From Lytechinus pictus (taxonomy: Eukaryota), in contig NC_087252.1 of assembly GCF_037042905.1 (NCBI RefSeq), positions 25,112,001 to 25,176,000 on the forward strand: a stretch of 64,000 bases of DNA. The letters are read 5' to 3'. This document shows positions 1 to 14,200 of the stretch, in pieces. The number at the start of each line of letters is the position of its first letter. Position 1 is the stretch's first letter. The position numbers and the translations under genes were made by a program. The notes beneath the pieces were generated by a model. The model had not been told where the DNA came from and ran no database searches. It saw nothing but the letters and a program-made list of their open reading frames with translations.

Positions 1-188
1 CCATTTCAAAATAGCCCAGGGTATGAAGGGTTCCAGGGAAAATTTGTGGCATCTCATAAAGCACAAGGAAGAGTCGCAAGTTGTGCGTAATTTCCTGTAA
101 TTTACAAGCAGATTGGTTCAACCCCACTTGGACATTGGGGCTCTGTTCATGTAAATCGCATGCAGAAAATAGTCTTGATATCAAGCAC

Positions 189-1878
189 TTAACCCACTGC
201 CTACTGGAACCGGATTGGCCCCAGTATTAAGTCTATGGAACCCAGGACCAAAATCCAGTTAAAACCAATTAGGGCAAAACCAATTGAAACCAGTTGGCCA
301 ACTGGTTTCAATAGGGAAATTGGAACAACTGGTTCCAATTGAAAACCAGTTGCCAATTGGTTCCAGTTAAAACCAATTGGGCAACTGGAACCAGTTGGCA
401 ATTGGTGCAGTTGTTCCAATTTCCCTATTAAAACCAATTGAATCCAATTGGAGGCAACTGGTTTCAATTGGTTCCAGTTGAAACCAATTGGAGGCAACTG
501 GTTTCAACTGGAACCAGTTGAAACCAATTGGTTTCCAACTGGATCCAATTGGAACTAATTGGAATGAACTTAATTAGTTACAAATTAATTAGCATTTGCA
601 CTAACTATTGCTCATTTGCCAACACAGAAGCAGTATTATATGTCTATTAATACCAATGTAAAGGGCATTGATAAAATACAGACTTTCATATGTATATATT
701 ATATGGAAGATCTTCAAATATATGTATTTTTATTTGATGTAATTTGGTAACAGTTAGTGGTGTACTAATTATCCTTTAATCTGTTTTAATTATAATCTAT
801 AACATTCATGAACATGGTTTTCACTGCTAAGTATTCTAAATACTTATCTTTAAAAAGTGTGGCACTTGAAATTGAAAAGAATTAAATAGATACATTGTTA
901 ATGATGATGGATCTCATAAAACATTAATCTGTGCACACTGGCAGATAATATGCAAATTAACTGGTTTCAATTGGATCCAGTTGGGTAACTGGAAAATTTC
1001 CAATTAGAAACCAATTGGAAATCATTTCCAGTTACCCAACTGGTTCCAGTTTTATTTCCAGTTACCCAACTGGTTCCAATTAGAATTCATTTCCAGTTAC
1101 CCATCTTTCCAGTTAGAAGTCATCTCCAGTTACCCAATTGGTACCAGTTAGGATTTCCAGTTACACAACTGCATGGTTCAAGTTAGGATTTCCAGTTACC
1201 CAACTGGTTCCAGTTAGAAATCATTTCCAATTGGAAGTCATTTCCAGTTACCCAACTGGTTCCAGTTAGGATTTCCAGTTGCCCAACTGGGGGATTTCCA
1301 GTTACTCAACTGGTTCCAGTTAGAAATCATTTCCAATTGGAAGTCATTTCCAGTTACCCAACTGGTTCCAGTTAGAAATCATTTCCAGTTGGAAGTCATT
1401 TCCAGTTACCCAACTGGTTCCAGTTAGGATTTCCAGTTGCCCAACTGGTTCCAGTTAGGATTTCCAGTTGCCCAACTGGTTCCAGTTGGGATTTCCAGTT
1501 ACTCAACTGGTTCCAGTTAGAAATCATTTCCAGTTGGAAGTCATTTCCAGTTACCCAACTGGTTCCAGTTAGGATTTCCAGTTGCCCAACTGGTTCCAGT
1601 TAGGATTTCCAGTTGGGATTTCCAGTTACTCAACTGGTTCCAGTTAGAAATCATTTCCAATTGGAAGTCATTTCCAGTTACCCAACTGGTTCCAGTTAGG
1701 ATTTCCAGTTGCCCAACTGGTTTCAATTGGTTTCAACTGGAAATTGTTAAATTCCAGTTAAAACCAATTGAAACCAGTTAAAACCAATTGAAACCAATTG
1801 AAACCAGTTGGAAATCCAACTGGTTTCAATTGGATTTTGGTCCTGGGAAATTACAGAATTCAGTAGTCAGCGGGTTAA
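189..1878. mobile_element. About 75-bp TTAA mini-MITE (piggyBac-like) split by the 241-1847 element
   Basis: ttaacccactgcctactgga vs reverse complement of ttcagtagtcagcgggttaa; related uninterrupted copies near 3690-3769 and 36542-36614. Confidence 0.65.
241..1847. mobile_element. Foldback-like non-autonomous DNA transposon with satellite-like arms
   Basis: Perfect 17-bp TIR cccaggaccaaaatcca / tggattttggtcctggg, AA flanks, subterminal arrays of ccagtt/ccaattgg/aactgg motifs around an AT-rich core. Confidence 0.8.
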
Positions 1879-1896
1879 TAGCTAGGCCACACCTAC

Positions 1897-2241
1897 TTGC
1901 AATATCGGTTGGTCTAATGGTAATAGAGAATCCTCGGGCCGACCCAGCTCCGCAGTGATACGAGATCCAGGCGGTGCTATCAGGGAGGACAATCTCTCTT
2001 GGGGCTGTCCCGATGTGATAGACGGCAAAGCGACTGGTGTCGTTGTCAGCGTCGTCCCCGGTACCCATCTGAAGCCATGCCTCGGGAGGTATCGCAAAGA
2101 CATTGACGGTGAGATGAATAGCATAGCCGTCGGGAACGTTGACAATCCATTCGACATAGCACAGCGCGTCGTGGGCGTCGATGTTAGGATAGCCAGGGGA
2201 CTGGATGGTGCGCTCTTCACCAATGCCAAGAGTGATGTATT
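1897..2241 (-). CDS. CUB-like exon (EYITLGIG...QSPGYP...CYVEW...YHCG...[13 protein letters not shown])
   Basis: 345 nt, AG/GTAGG; ORF 1826..2257. Confidence 0.92.
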
Positions 2242-5200
2242 CTGTTAAGAAAACCAATCACATATTCAATTCAATTTATTAATCTATGATATACATATAA
2301 ACATTTCCTCCACTGGTTCAACATGTGATCAATCTGGAAAAGAACTGCTTGAAAATGGGGAAACTCTAAGTGGAAACAAAAAAAATTCACACAGCGAATC
2401 ACAAGCAACCTCTGCATCACCTGTACCTCCATAAAAAACAAGTGGAATGCCTCTGGCCGTCTCACCTGCATCACGCGATTCAATATAGCAGCAGTGCTGA
2501 TTTTGAAAACTACTATAACTCGCACAAGATGTTCAGTGATACTTGGTTACTCTTATTTCCACGTTTTATGAACTAGACCAATACACTTATAGAGATATGA
2601 TGGCAATTCAACAAATACCCCCAACGTGGCCAAAGTTCTTTGACCTTACATGACCTTTGACCTTGATCATGTGACCTGAAACTCGCACAGGATGTTCAGT
2701 GATACTTGATTACTATTATGTCCAAGTTTTATGAACTAGACCAACACACTTTCAAATTTATGGCTGTAATTCAACAAATACCCCAATTTGGCCAAAGTTC
2801 ATTGACCATAAATGACCTTTGACCTTGATCATGTGACCTGAAACTTGCACAGGATGTTCAGTAATACTTGATTACTATTATGTCCAAGTTTCATGAATCA
2901 GATCCATAAACCTTCAAAGTTATGATGGTAATTCAACAGATACCCCCAATTCGGCCAAAGTTCATTGACCCTAAATGACCTTTGACCTTGGTCATGTGAT
3001 GTGAAACTCATGCAGGATGTTCAGTGATACTTGATTAACCTTATGTATAAGTTTCATGAACTAGGTCCATATATTTTCTAAGTTATGATGACATTTCAAA
3101 AACTTAACCTTAGGTTAAGATTTTGATGTTGATTCCCCCAACATGGTCTAAGTTCATTGACCCTAAATGACCTTTGACCTTGGTCATGTGACATGAAACT
3201 CAGGCAGGATGTTCAGTAATACTTGATTAACCTTATGGCCAAGTTTCATGAACTAGGTCCATATACTTTCTAAGTTATGCTGTCATTTCAAAAACTTAAC
3301 CTCAGGTTAAGATTTGGTGTTGACGCCGCCGCCGCCGTCGCCGTCGGAAAAGCGGCGCCTATAGTCTCACTCTGCTATGCAGGTGAGACAAAAAACCTTT
3401 CAAAACATCTTCCAATGTTATGGTGGCAGCGGTGGGATCGAAACCCAAGACATTGAAATGACCGGTGCCTCAAACCAGTGAATTTTGTATAAAAAGAAAC
3501 CTTGCTTACCAGTGTTTTCAATGGTTCCACAGCTATCCTCATCTACCTCATTCCAGCAGTCGTTATCTGCATCGCAAACATAGTAGTCTGGAATGCAGAC
3601 CCCTTCACTGCAATTGAAGTACCCTTCGCCACAGTCTGAATGAAGGAAAATAATAACATTTACATACTAGGAGTGTGTTTCACAAAGACTTTACCCAATG
3701 ACTACCGAAGTCTTAAGTTCCCATAGGCTTTGTATAGGGACCAGCAGGTTCCAACAGGCAATGGGTTAATCCTTATTTAAATGACAACTTTTATTACTAT
3801 GCTGCCACACAATATTTTTCAAGCGCACTTCTCACTGAATTTTTACTTTCAAGTCTTGTACATATTTTGAGATCAAAATTTACGTCACACGGGTACGCGA
3901 TTCCGACATACTGCAACATTTTTTAATTGCATGACATACCTCAAATTGCTTGATTTCAGGTGCAAAGGCAATGCAAATTGTTTTTTTTTCAAACCAAAAA
4001 TCTTAATTTCACGAGCAATTTTACATTTTCTGTTTTAAACGAATTCATTTTATGCCATTTAAAATTGCAAAAGAGTTCTTGAAAAAATTCATCAGAAAAA
4101 ACCCAGACATGTCAGAGCCAAATCTGAGATGGAGGGAGGGGGGATCAGAGTTAAAAGTTAAAGTTTGGTTATAAAAAGCCAGGTTGATTTAATATGGTGA
4201 AATTTACAATCATAAACTTACCAAAGCAATTTCTTTCGTCTTCGCCTAGGTCACAGTCAGGATAGTAATCACAAGCCCAGTAGGATGGGATACATGTTTC
4301 GGTAGCTTGACACGCAAACTCAAAGAAAGAACATGTAAAACCTGGAAGAACAAAGGCATATTTTTCTTAATAACTTTCCGACATGCTCCCCAGGGAGTGG
4401 AAAAAGTGTGTGCAGGCACGCCAGAACCTAATCAATTGTTTGATGCATTATAATTTTTTTAAATACAATACACACTCCTCTTCATTAATTAATTTGCCAA
4501 GACACAGGACGTGTGCTTATCAACATAATATTTGTTTTATAGGTCCAAAAAAGAGGAGCAATTTATCTAAAGACATCAGAAATGCACTATCTTTGAATTA
4601 CTTAAGACAACACTTGATAAGAAAATACTTAAATCCGGTCCCTAAATTGATAGATTTGCTTAGTTTCAGTTGTGGGTTGATTGGTTTGAAAATTTGTTTA
4701 ATGTTTCGTCTGATATAATGTATATAATGTTGCCCTGATATATTTTTTCCCCTCGTTATGTAATGTACTTAAGCTTTTTTTCATTATGTCTTTATTGTCT
4801 ATATATCATGGTGCACACATAACAAGCTCAGCTTACAGAGTTGCTACCTCCATTGTATTGTAAAATTTTTGAAAATGTATTAATGTCTTATCTTTGGAAA
4901 TAAATGTTGAATTGAATTAAATTGAATAATCACTCGATATTACAAGCAATTACAGAAGACTTTCTGGCCTAAGCTCTACATGCAATCTACAAGGAAAATA
5001 GGGTATTCGCAGAAACTTATGAAATGGTATTATATGCAAGGCGCTTGACGTAAGATAATTTTTCTAAGTTTGCCAGTCGAGAAATCAGTTCTTGGAAAGA
5101 AACGATCAGAAGAGGTGGTCTCAGTACAAATTCTCTTGACAAGATAATCACAAATAAAAAGTGTAATCTAAATAAAAGATTATTTTCCTAATTGACAACA

Positions 5201-8200
5201 ATAACTAAGTTAGTATGAAATGTCGACCTTAAAAGAACAGAAATACATTTACTTAAAGCTCACAAAGAAGCTGAACTAGAGTCGTTCCTGACAATTGCCT
5301 TTTGGTGTATTTATAAATATATACTTATAAGAAATCAATCAGGAATAGATTGTCATAAATTTAGCTTGTAATACTTACTTGAAAGGGAAATCTCTAAAAG
5401 AATCAAAGAAGATATGAATATTGAGAATAATAATAATATAGGATTTGTATAGCGCATGTATCCACCTTGCTAGGTGCTCCTATATTACCCCGGCTAAGCT
5501 AGTCTACCGATTCTGGTGCGCACAGCTTTTTGAGGAATTACTTCCTGCCGGTACCCATTTACCTCACCTGGGTCGAGTGCAGCACAGTGTAGATGGTCCC
5601 TTTACAAAGTCTATGGCCCATATTCTGAAGTCGGGGAAAACACGCCACGGCTAGGATTCGAACCCAAGACCCTCTGTTTGAAAGGCGAGAGTCAGAACCA
5701 CTAGACCACGATGCACCCACAGAGAAGAAGTATCACAACCTTCCAAAATGTATATGCTGAAAGTTTTTCTCTTTTTTGATGTCTCATTTGGTTCAACTTA
5801 GACCATGGTCTAACTCTGTGCTAAAATTATGGGAAGCCAAAAGTGTCAAAATTTTTATTAAGTTGTACGTTTCTTATGTTTACTGTGCTCTTTCCTGATT
5901 TATCGATGGTGAAAACAATTAAAAAAACTTCCTACACAATTATGAATGATTTAAGAGCCAAATGAGCTGAAATATTATATCTCTACTGTTAGTGATTTAT
6001 GTAACAATTGGCTATCCATACTTAAACCACAACTTTAAACCTAAGTTTAAGTTATACCTGACTTCAGAATACGGGCCATAGACTTTATAAAGAGACCATC
6101 CAGTCCCAGTACATAATAGGTTCATACATACCACAGTCTTCTTCATCATCTCCAAGCAAACAGTCTACGTATGCATCACATTTCCAGTTCTCAGGAATAC
6201 ATCCCAGTCCACCAATGCACTCATATTCGTCCGGCTGGCATGTCACATCTGTAAAGAGATCAATCCTAATTTTTTGTGGATGCACTTAATCATTTTAGAG
6301 GGGAGGGCCACGCCAACAGACAGTTGACTTGAATAAAAAGAGAAAATCAAACATTAAGACTGATCGTTTCATTGGGATTGGATGAGTTATGACATTTGCA
6401 AATTTGGTACTTTTTGCAGTTATATTGAGAGTTGAGGTTGTCACTCACTCAACATTTCTTTTGTATCTCATTGCATGAATAATACAATATTTCAATTTTA
6501 AAATTTCATCAAACCAAAATACCTTTAAACAGTGGTAATTCATTAAGTTCATTAAGAATCAAACTTTGAATAATTTCTTACAGTGAGTGACATCATCGGT
6601 TCACTCATTTGAATAATGACCAGGATATGGATATAACTCTTTTGAAATTAAGCAAACCTTCAAAGTGTAACTTTTTTAGATTTTACAATATTCATCAAAC
6701 TACAGTACATTACAACAATGACAATCGGACATATGCATGGAGGAACCATGCAAACTGCAATGAAATCAAACATTGAGATATTTCATGCAGTGACTTTGTG
6801 TAGAGAATGACTTTGTCAGTTCCATCATTTTAATAATGAACAGGACATGCATGTGAGTTTTCAAAATCAAGCAAAAGTTCAAAATATAATTTTGGTGAAA
6901 TTTTCAGCATAAATCATTAATTTAATGACACAGCATCAAGTTGGTTGTAATCATGGCAAAAACAACAATGAAGGTTTGGTGGAAATCAACCAAAGAATAA
7001 CAATGCTATAGATTTTTGCAGAATAAATTTTGTGACATCCCATGTGATAAAGCAGCTACCCCACTTCGATTAGGTGACATAAATCAATATACCTGATTAC
7101 TTTGTGCTATTGGCGTACAATGTTTAATTGTGTATCTGTGGCACAAAGTAATCTTGTCAACACGTTGTCATGCATTGTGAAAGGCTCTTGCCTCTAATTA
7201 GGTGTGATGTTATGTCTGAATGAACCTTTCCTGTACAAAAGCACTACGAGGTCTGACATTTTTAGGTCCATTGTTTTGTCTCTGGTCTCGCAAAGCTAGG
7301 GCTTGGCCTTGCTCTTAGCTATGAGCTTGAAGTCTGTTCTTTGTCATTCAGTCAGGCCTTGGCCTTGGCAATGTCCTAAGGCAGTCTGTTATCTGTCAGT
7401 CAGGCCTTGGCCATTGATTGAATCCATTTATTTCATTTCGATAAAAAGATATTTACAAAGTATAACATACACGATTATCACATGCATGTAATATGCCAAT
7501 ATACAAATACATGAAAATATGAAATGAAATAAGAGAACTTAAAGGAAGGCCTTTAAGGCTTCGTGGGTAAAACTTCTCTCAAATACATGTACTATATTCT
7601 ACATTGCGTTACAGGCATATTAAAATCTTCAATTTGTAATACCCCACTCCCCGTTAAAAAACATTGGAATGTCCTTATGCAGTCTGTTTTTGGTCAGTCA
7701 GTCAGGCCTTGGCCTTGTCCTTAGGCACTCTGTTCTTGGTTTGTAAGGCCTTGGCCTTGGCTATGTCTTTGGACAGTATGTTTTCATTTAGTCAGGCCCA
7801 CGCCTTGGCAATGTCCTTGGGCACTCTGTTCTCGATCATTCAGGCCTTGCCATTGTCTATGTCTTTGGGCAGTCTGTTATCGGTCAGTCAGGCCTTCGCC
7901 TTGGCTATGCTCTTGGGCAGTCTGTTTTTTTCAGTCATGCCTGGCCTTGACTATGTCCTTATGCAGTCTGTTCTTGGTAAGTCAGTCAGGCCTTGGCCAT
8001 GGCCAGGTCCTTGGGCAGTATGTTCTCAATCATTCAGGCCTTGCCATTGGCTATGTCCTTGGGTAGTCTGTTGTTGGTCAGTTCAGGCCTTGGTCTTGGC
8101 CATGTCCTAATGCAGTCCGTTCTCGGTCAGTCAGTCAGGCCTTGCCATTGGCTATGTCTTTGGGCAGTCTGTTCTTGGTTAGTAAAAACTTGGCCTTGGC

Positions 8201-11200
8201 CATGTCCTTGGGCATTCTGTTCTCAATTATTCAGTCCTTGCCATTGGCTATCTCCTGGAACGATCTTATCTCTGTTAGTCAGGCCTTAGCCCCTGGCTAT
8301 CTCCTGGGACATTCTGTTCTTGATCAGCCAGACATTGGCCTTGGCCATGTTCTTGCAAGCTCTGGCCTCAGTCTTGGCTGACCAAGCTTCGCACAATACT
8401 GCTACTCTTTGGAAAGTCATACCTTCGCATCCAACCTCATCACTGAAATCTCCGCAATCTATCCAGACATCACAAACCCAGCTATCCGGAATGCACTGGC
8501 CATCTCCTGCACATTGGAAGTTAGTTTCATCCTCACAAGGTGGAAACGTCGCATCTGGGGGTGAGGAAAAGAAATGATACACATTCCAGGGCATTTTATC
8601 ACTTGAAGCCCTATGGTACCAGCTTTTGTACTTCAGAGTGTGAAATTCAGAATTTTCTCTACACTGCCACTTTGGTAGTCTAGTTGTATTAGAACAGAAT
8701 AATAGAGAATGGATGATTTCACGTAGTGTTGAAATCTGGTGTTAGTGTTGTGGAAACAACACCATCCAAAATACCGTATTTAAAATGAGTGTTGGGATTA
8801 TGACCTAGGATATTCCCAGCAGTTCATGTGGGGTGCTTTCCCCTCCACCAACGTTTGGTGTTCTCGAATTTGGCAATCTCAAACTCAAGAACAGATAAAA
8901 TCAGAATTCATACATGTTAGAAGATGAGTGGAGTCCATCAGAGTGAGCTACATTTTAATGAGCAATATTATTGATACTTTCAATTTATTGAACTGATTTT
9001 AGACAATCCATACCATGAGATTTTACTGCAATTTTTCCCCAGACTTTAATACTGATTGCTTCTATTGATATCATCGTCAAACTTCAAATTCCAATTGTCA
9101 AAACCTTGAATTCATCATCTTGTTGTTGAATTGGCCGTATTCTTGCTATCTTTCCATCATTCATTAAAAAAAAAAAAATAATAAAATAAAATAGAGTCAA
9201 TTACTTACCCGTCTTTGTCACATTTTGGTTTTCTTTTGTAAAGAGGGCAAGTTGTGCCTGCTTATATTGAATACAGTGCAATCGCCTCCTTCACATGTCA
9301 CTGTGAGAAGGCTAGCATATGGAAGCGTGAACGGAAAAACGATTGCCAACAAATTTGTAGTGAATGTTTGGTGACCTAGCCTGCAGGCCTCATAGCGGAT
9401 CACACAAAGTGATACAAAATTTGAATGAAAGAGTTATAAATATAGGCAATATAAGGCAGGATTTGGCGTGAAATTTGCGTGACATTCAATGAGGCACCTT
9501 TATCAATCTGCAAGAACTGCCACAGAGACAGACTCACCGGGTGGTTCATCGACGGCCTCAAGAGTGATGTTAAATCCTTGTGACAAAGCGTAGATGCCAG
9601 TGAAGAACTCGATGAAGAGTTCATGCCCTTGGGACAGGAGATAGGAAGGAGGTACACTTCTGTGCATGTAGACCTCAAAGATCTGACTGAAGTCATGCGT
9701 GTCTGTCCCGTTGCCGAATACAACGTACGAGCGGAGGCTGAGGTCGAGTGCGTTGATCGTCACGTTGATCACTTTACCGGGAACGGTGGAAACGTGGGTT
9801 ACTATGTACGTGTTCTTTGGATAGACGTCAGGGAAGTTTGGCGATATCAGCGTGGTAATGTTCTCATTTAAGAAGATATATTCTGCATACGAAGGAGATA
9901 CAATATATAATAATAATAATGATAATAATAATAATACAAATCATTTATATAATGCTTATTTTTCCAAGCACTGCATACTGTTCTGGCTTTAGTATGGCTA
10001 ACCTGATCAGGTGAACTCACCTGGGGCCCTTTGCAGAAAGAGTTGCGATCAAACGCAACTTAAAATATCCTGTGCAACTTTGGGACTTGCGCTTTATACA
10101 TGTATTTCGACTTGCATTTAACCACAACTCTTTCTGAAACAGGCCCCTGATCTTTCAGGAAATTCCTAATTCCTACCAGGTACTACACATGTAAATTTAA
10201 ACTTTATATCAAATATAGAATGCACAGTATTTTGTCTGATTCTTTAAATAGCATTATCAAATCATTAACATTACAAAAAAAATTGCAGACTTACAAGACC
10301 AAATTCAGAGAGGTGGTTTGAAATTATTTCACACTAATTCACTAATCAATACATTGCAATAATTATGGGGGGGGGGTTCACAAAGATTGAAGTATGACTA
10401 ATCATTTGAAGAGTTACACACTAATTCACCAATCAAAACATTGCAATACCGGTAATTATGGGGGAGGGTTCACAAAGATTTAAGTTTGAATTATCACTTG
10501 AAGAGTTACACACTAATTAACTAATCAATACATTGCAATAATTATGGGGGGGGGGGGGTGGGGGTTGGGGGTGTTTCACAAAGATTTAAGTGGGACTTAT
10601 CATTTGAATAGTTTCACACTAATTCACTTATCAATACATTGCAATATGTTACCAAGTAGCAAAACTGTATCTTTCCCCTAAAAGCATTTTCATTTCTCTA
10701 AACAAATAAAATTATGGGTCAATTTATCCTCTCTATTACTCTAAAAAAGGTATATTTTAAGACAAGCTATTTTAACACACAGTCAATGAGAAACAACACA
10801 CAGTATTTCAGTAAGTCTGTTCCCTGTTTAAAGAGTGTATGATGTGAATAACTCATCCTCCGGTAGATTTTTTACGACTTAACACGAAAACATATTTCAA
10901 TAGTTAGGGTCCCATTTCTAGTAAAGTAGTATATGCAAAAGGCAGCTCAGATTTTTTTTTATTGAAACAATTTGCAGAAATTCCAATCTGTCTTAAATAC
11001 TGTAGAAATGATCTAATTTTATGCAAATTTGTAGGAGATGCACTTTCAGTTCAATTCAATTCAACTAAAAAATGGTCTTTATTGATGATCAAACATGTTA
11101 ATAACAACCGCACATGAGATAACAGCCGCAGCTAGAAAATTACTGTTTATAAGTTTGGGTGGGAACCATAAATAACATTAAAAAAACATAGTAAAATGCA

Positions 11201-14200
11201 TTAACAAGGCTATACATTTAAAAAGCTAATGCAATTCTCGGTAATGCATAAAGGCAATGAATGAATGTAACATGATATGAAAGGTATATTTAATAATGGC
11301 CGACATGAAGGATACTGGCAATTCATTTTATTTAATGACAAAATTGACTGTAGATCCCCTATTCCCCAATGACAATGTTGCTATGATTTGATCGGGTAGG
11401 ATCAGGGGAAAATGAACCATTTTACCGGAAGTCAGCAAACTTTGCAGTAATATAAGTTTTCCAAAGGAACGGGGGATTTATTACGTCTGCATGTGTGCTG
11501 CTGTTCGTACGCCAGCGGAAAGACCTGATTATGTTCATCCCACGATTGCACGTCGTGTGGCTTACGCTTTTCCCGCTTCCCCCACTATTCAAAATGTGCA
11601 TTTTCTGATCGGGTAGATCGGCATGAAATACTGAACATGTTAGAAATGTTTAGCCGATCACGCCGATCTGAATAAAATGCCCACTGTTACCCCGTCTCCA
11701 CAACGTTGATATTACGCTGCTCCCGATTTCAACGGATTCCTATCCCGCTCTCCGTCGACTTAATGATCGGGATGGATGGGGGTTTCAGATCGTGGTAGGG
11801 AAACGGGGCCTTACCTGTATTTTGCGGTGTTCCACAGTTTAGTTCATCATCTGCACTCGTAGTGAGGCAATCAACATGGAAATCACATCGTTGAGCACTT
11901 GGGATGCACTGACGGTCCGGACACTCAAACTCATGCTCAGTGCAATTTCCTGTAAACATCGCAATCGAACTCAGTAATATCATTGGTGGTGAAATGAACA
12001 ATAATCATATCAGGGGGTGGTTTCATGAAGCTACATTACACTCAAAATCAGCAATACGAACGATGACAGGAATAATAATCATAACAGGGAGTGGTTTCAT
12101 CAATATACAGGTATACATCACAATCAAAATCAGTAATTAATCAAAACAAGGGCGGTTTAACAAATATAGATTACAATAAAAACCAGTTATATCATGGATG
12201 ATGAAGTGAATGATATCACAACACAGGGCAGTTTCATAAATCTACATTGCAATCAAAATCAGTCATATCGTAAGCATTGAATGTGCAATAACTTAAAACA
12301 GGGTCGGTTTCATAAACATGAATTACAGTCAAAATCAGTAATGTCACAAGCATTGACATGTGCAATAAATGAAACGCAAGGGCGGTTTCATGAACACGAA
12401 TTACAATAAAAATCAGTAATATCATGAGCATAGAATGTACAATAAATCAAAACAAGGGCGGTTTCATAAACATGAATTACAATTAAAATCAGTGACATCA
12501 TGGGTGATTATTTACAGGGGGTGCTTCATGAAGCAAATTTTAAAATACATATGGCTCCATGAACTGAAAAATAAAATGTCAAATATGCGAGCAAAAAGAA
12601 CTCAGAACATACTAAACAACATTGACTACGTTTCTCATGATCCAATTTTAAAGGTTAAAATAAACCTTGGGCTAAAAATTTGTTCCAACATTCACATGAT
12701 GTAACACGCATTATCATTTGAGGCTCATAAGAGCAGTCATGTTGGAGGACAAACAATCAAAACTTGTCCATACAACTGTGATCAGTCCTTGTTTAACCCT
12801 ACAACGGGGGGGGGGGGGGGGAACATTTTCTGCGCCACTCACAGAGTTTATACTTTTAAGTCTCGCGCATCTTTTGAGACCAAATTTGTGACGCCCGGGT
12901 ACGCGGTTCCGAAATTACGCAACATTTTGTAAGTGCATGTCAGACCAAAAATTGTTCCAAAACGTGATTTTGTGTACAAGTTAAACAAACATGAGAACGC
13001 TGCCTCATGCATTACCAGGGGGAATCCTCAGTTGAAATCAATTGATTTTAGCATAATTATGCTTCAAAAAGGTTGTGCAATAAATCTGGTGAAAAAAACA
13101 AAGAAAAAAAAAAGGTTGGAAAACAAAGAAATACATAAAAAATTCATAAAACAATAAAATACATAAGAAATTGATTTCCAAACCGAAGTTTTTTTCAAGT
13201 GCAATTGTTGAGAATGCTACAAAGAATATTTTTACCAAAAATTAGCATTCTAGGAGCTTTATTTAGTGAATTAGAGCAAAAAGTATGATTTATGCATAAA
13301 TTAGCATAATTAATTCATATAAAATAAAATCTCATTATTTTGGAAAATTTTACCATACAGCCTTGTAGATTACATCGCACACTACCAGCGTGCAAATTTT
13401 TGCGGCGCTCGCGCGATCGGCGGCCGAGATCTCAGGGGGGGTTGAATCAACCCCCTCCCCGGCCACAGAACAGCCAAAAAAGCCCGGCCTAGTTAGGGTT
13501 AAATGGTGTATTAATGCACAGGTTTGCAACTATTATGTCCTCAATGGTGAAGTCATGGGGGAACCTTCTGCATGCGATACGCAGAAGTTATTTCCTGGGG
13601 GGTGGCAAAGAAGCATACAAATTTTCAGTGAATTTCGAAGCAAGGAAGTGACATGAGAGCATTTGTCACGGGGGCACTTTCACTTTTTCTAAAGAGAATT
13701 TGATGGATTTTGTGCACATTTTAGTGAATTATGGGATATTTTCAGGTAAAAAATGTAAGTTTTCATAATTTCAGGGATGGGGGAGGGGGGCATACGCCGT
13801 GAAAGCATGTCCCATCAGCAAGATCACGGCCCCATTCATTTCATAAAACTCGTTATAATAACGAATTTGCAAGAACAGTTATAATTAAGCTACATGACCT
13901 TTCTGTTGAGGTGGACTTGTCCTTTAAGTTTGCCTTTTTGTCACACTTAACTTTGTGGGTCATCCTACATGTTTATTGTGGGAACTTACTTGGACAATTC
14001 AATTCATCTTCGTTGTTTGGGCAATCGTATACAAAGTCACATCGCCAGTTGCCATGAATACAAAAGTCACCAAACGCAGAATTGCATTCAAACTCATTGT
14101 CATGGTTGCCACATGCGCCTGAAATTTAAACAATAAACAATGAAAATTAGGAAGATGAAATAAAGAATGATGATTGTTATATATAATAAGTAGAATGGTA

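Noticed and set aside
201..1726. ORFs 201..497 and 1541..1726
   Set aside because: Translations of satellite arrays in the foldback element.
2520..3300. Regularly spaced repeats resembling a CRISPR array
   Set aside because: Whole units repeat with no unique spacers, there are no cas genes, and the context is a eukaryotic intron.
7664..8381. Overlapping hydrophobic + strand ORFs
   Set aside because: Minisatellite translations with no gene structure.
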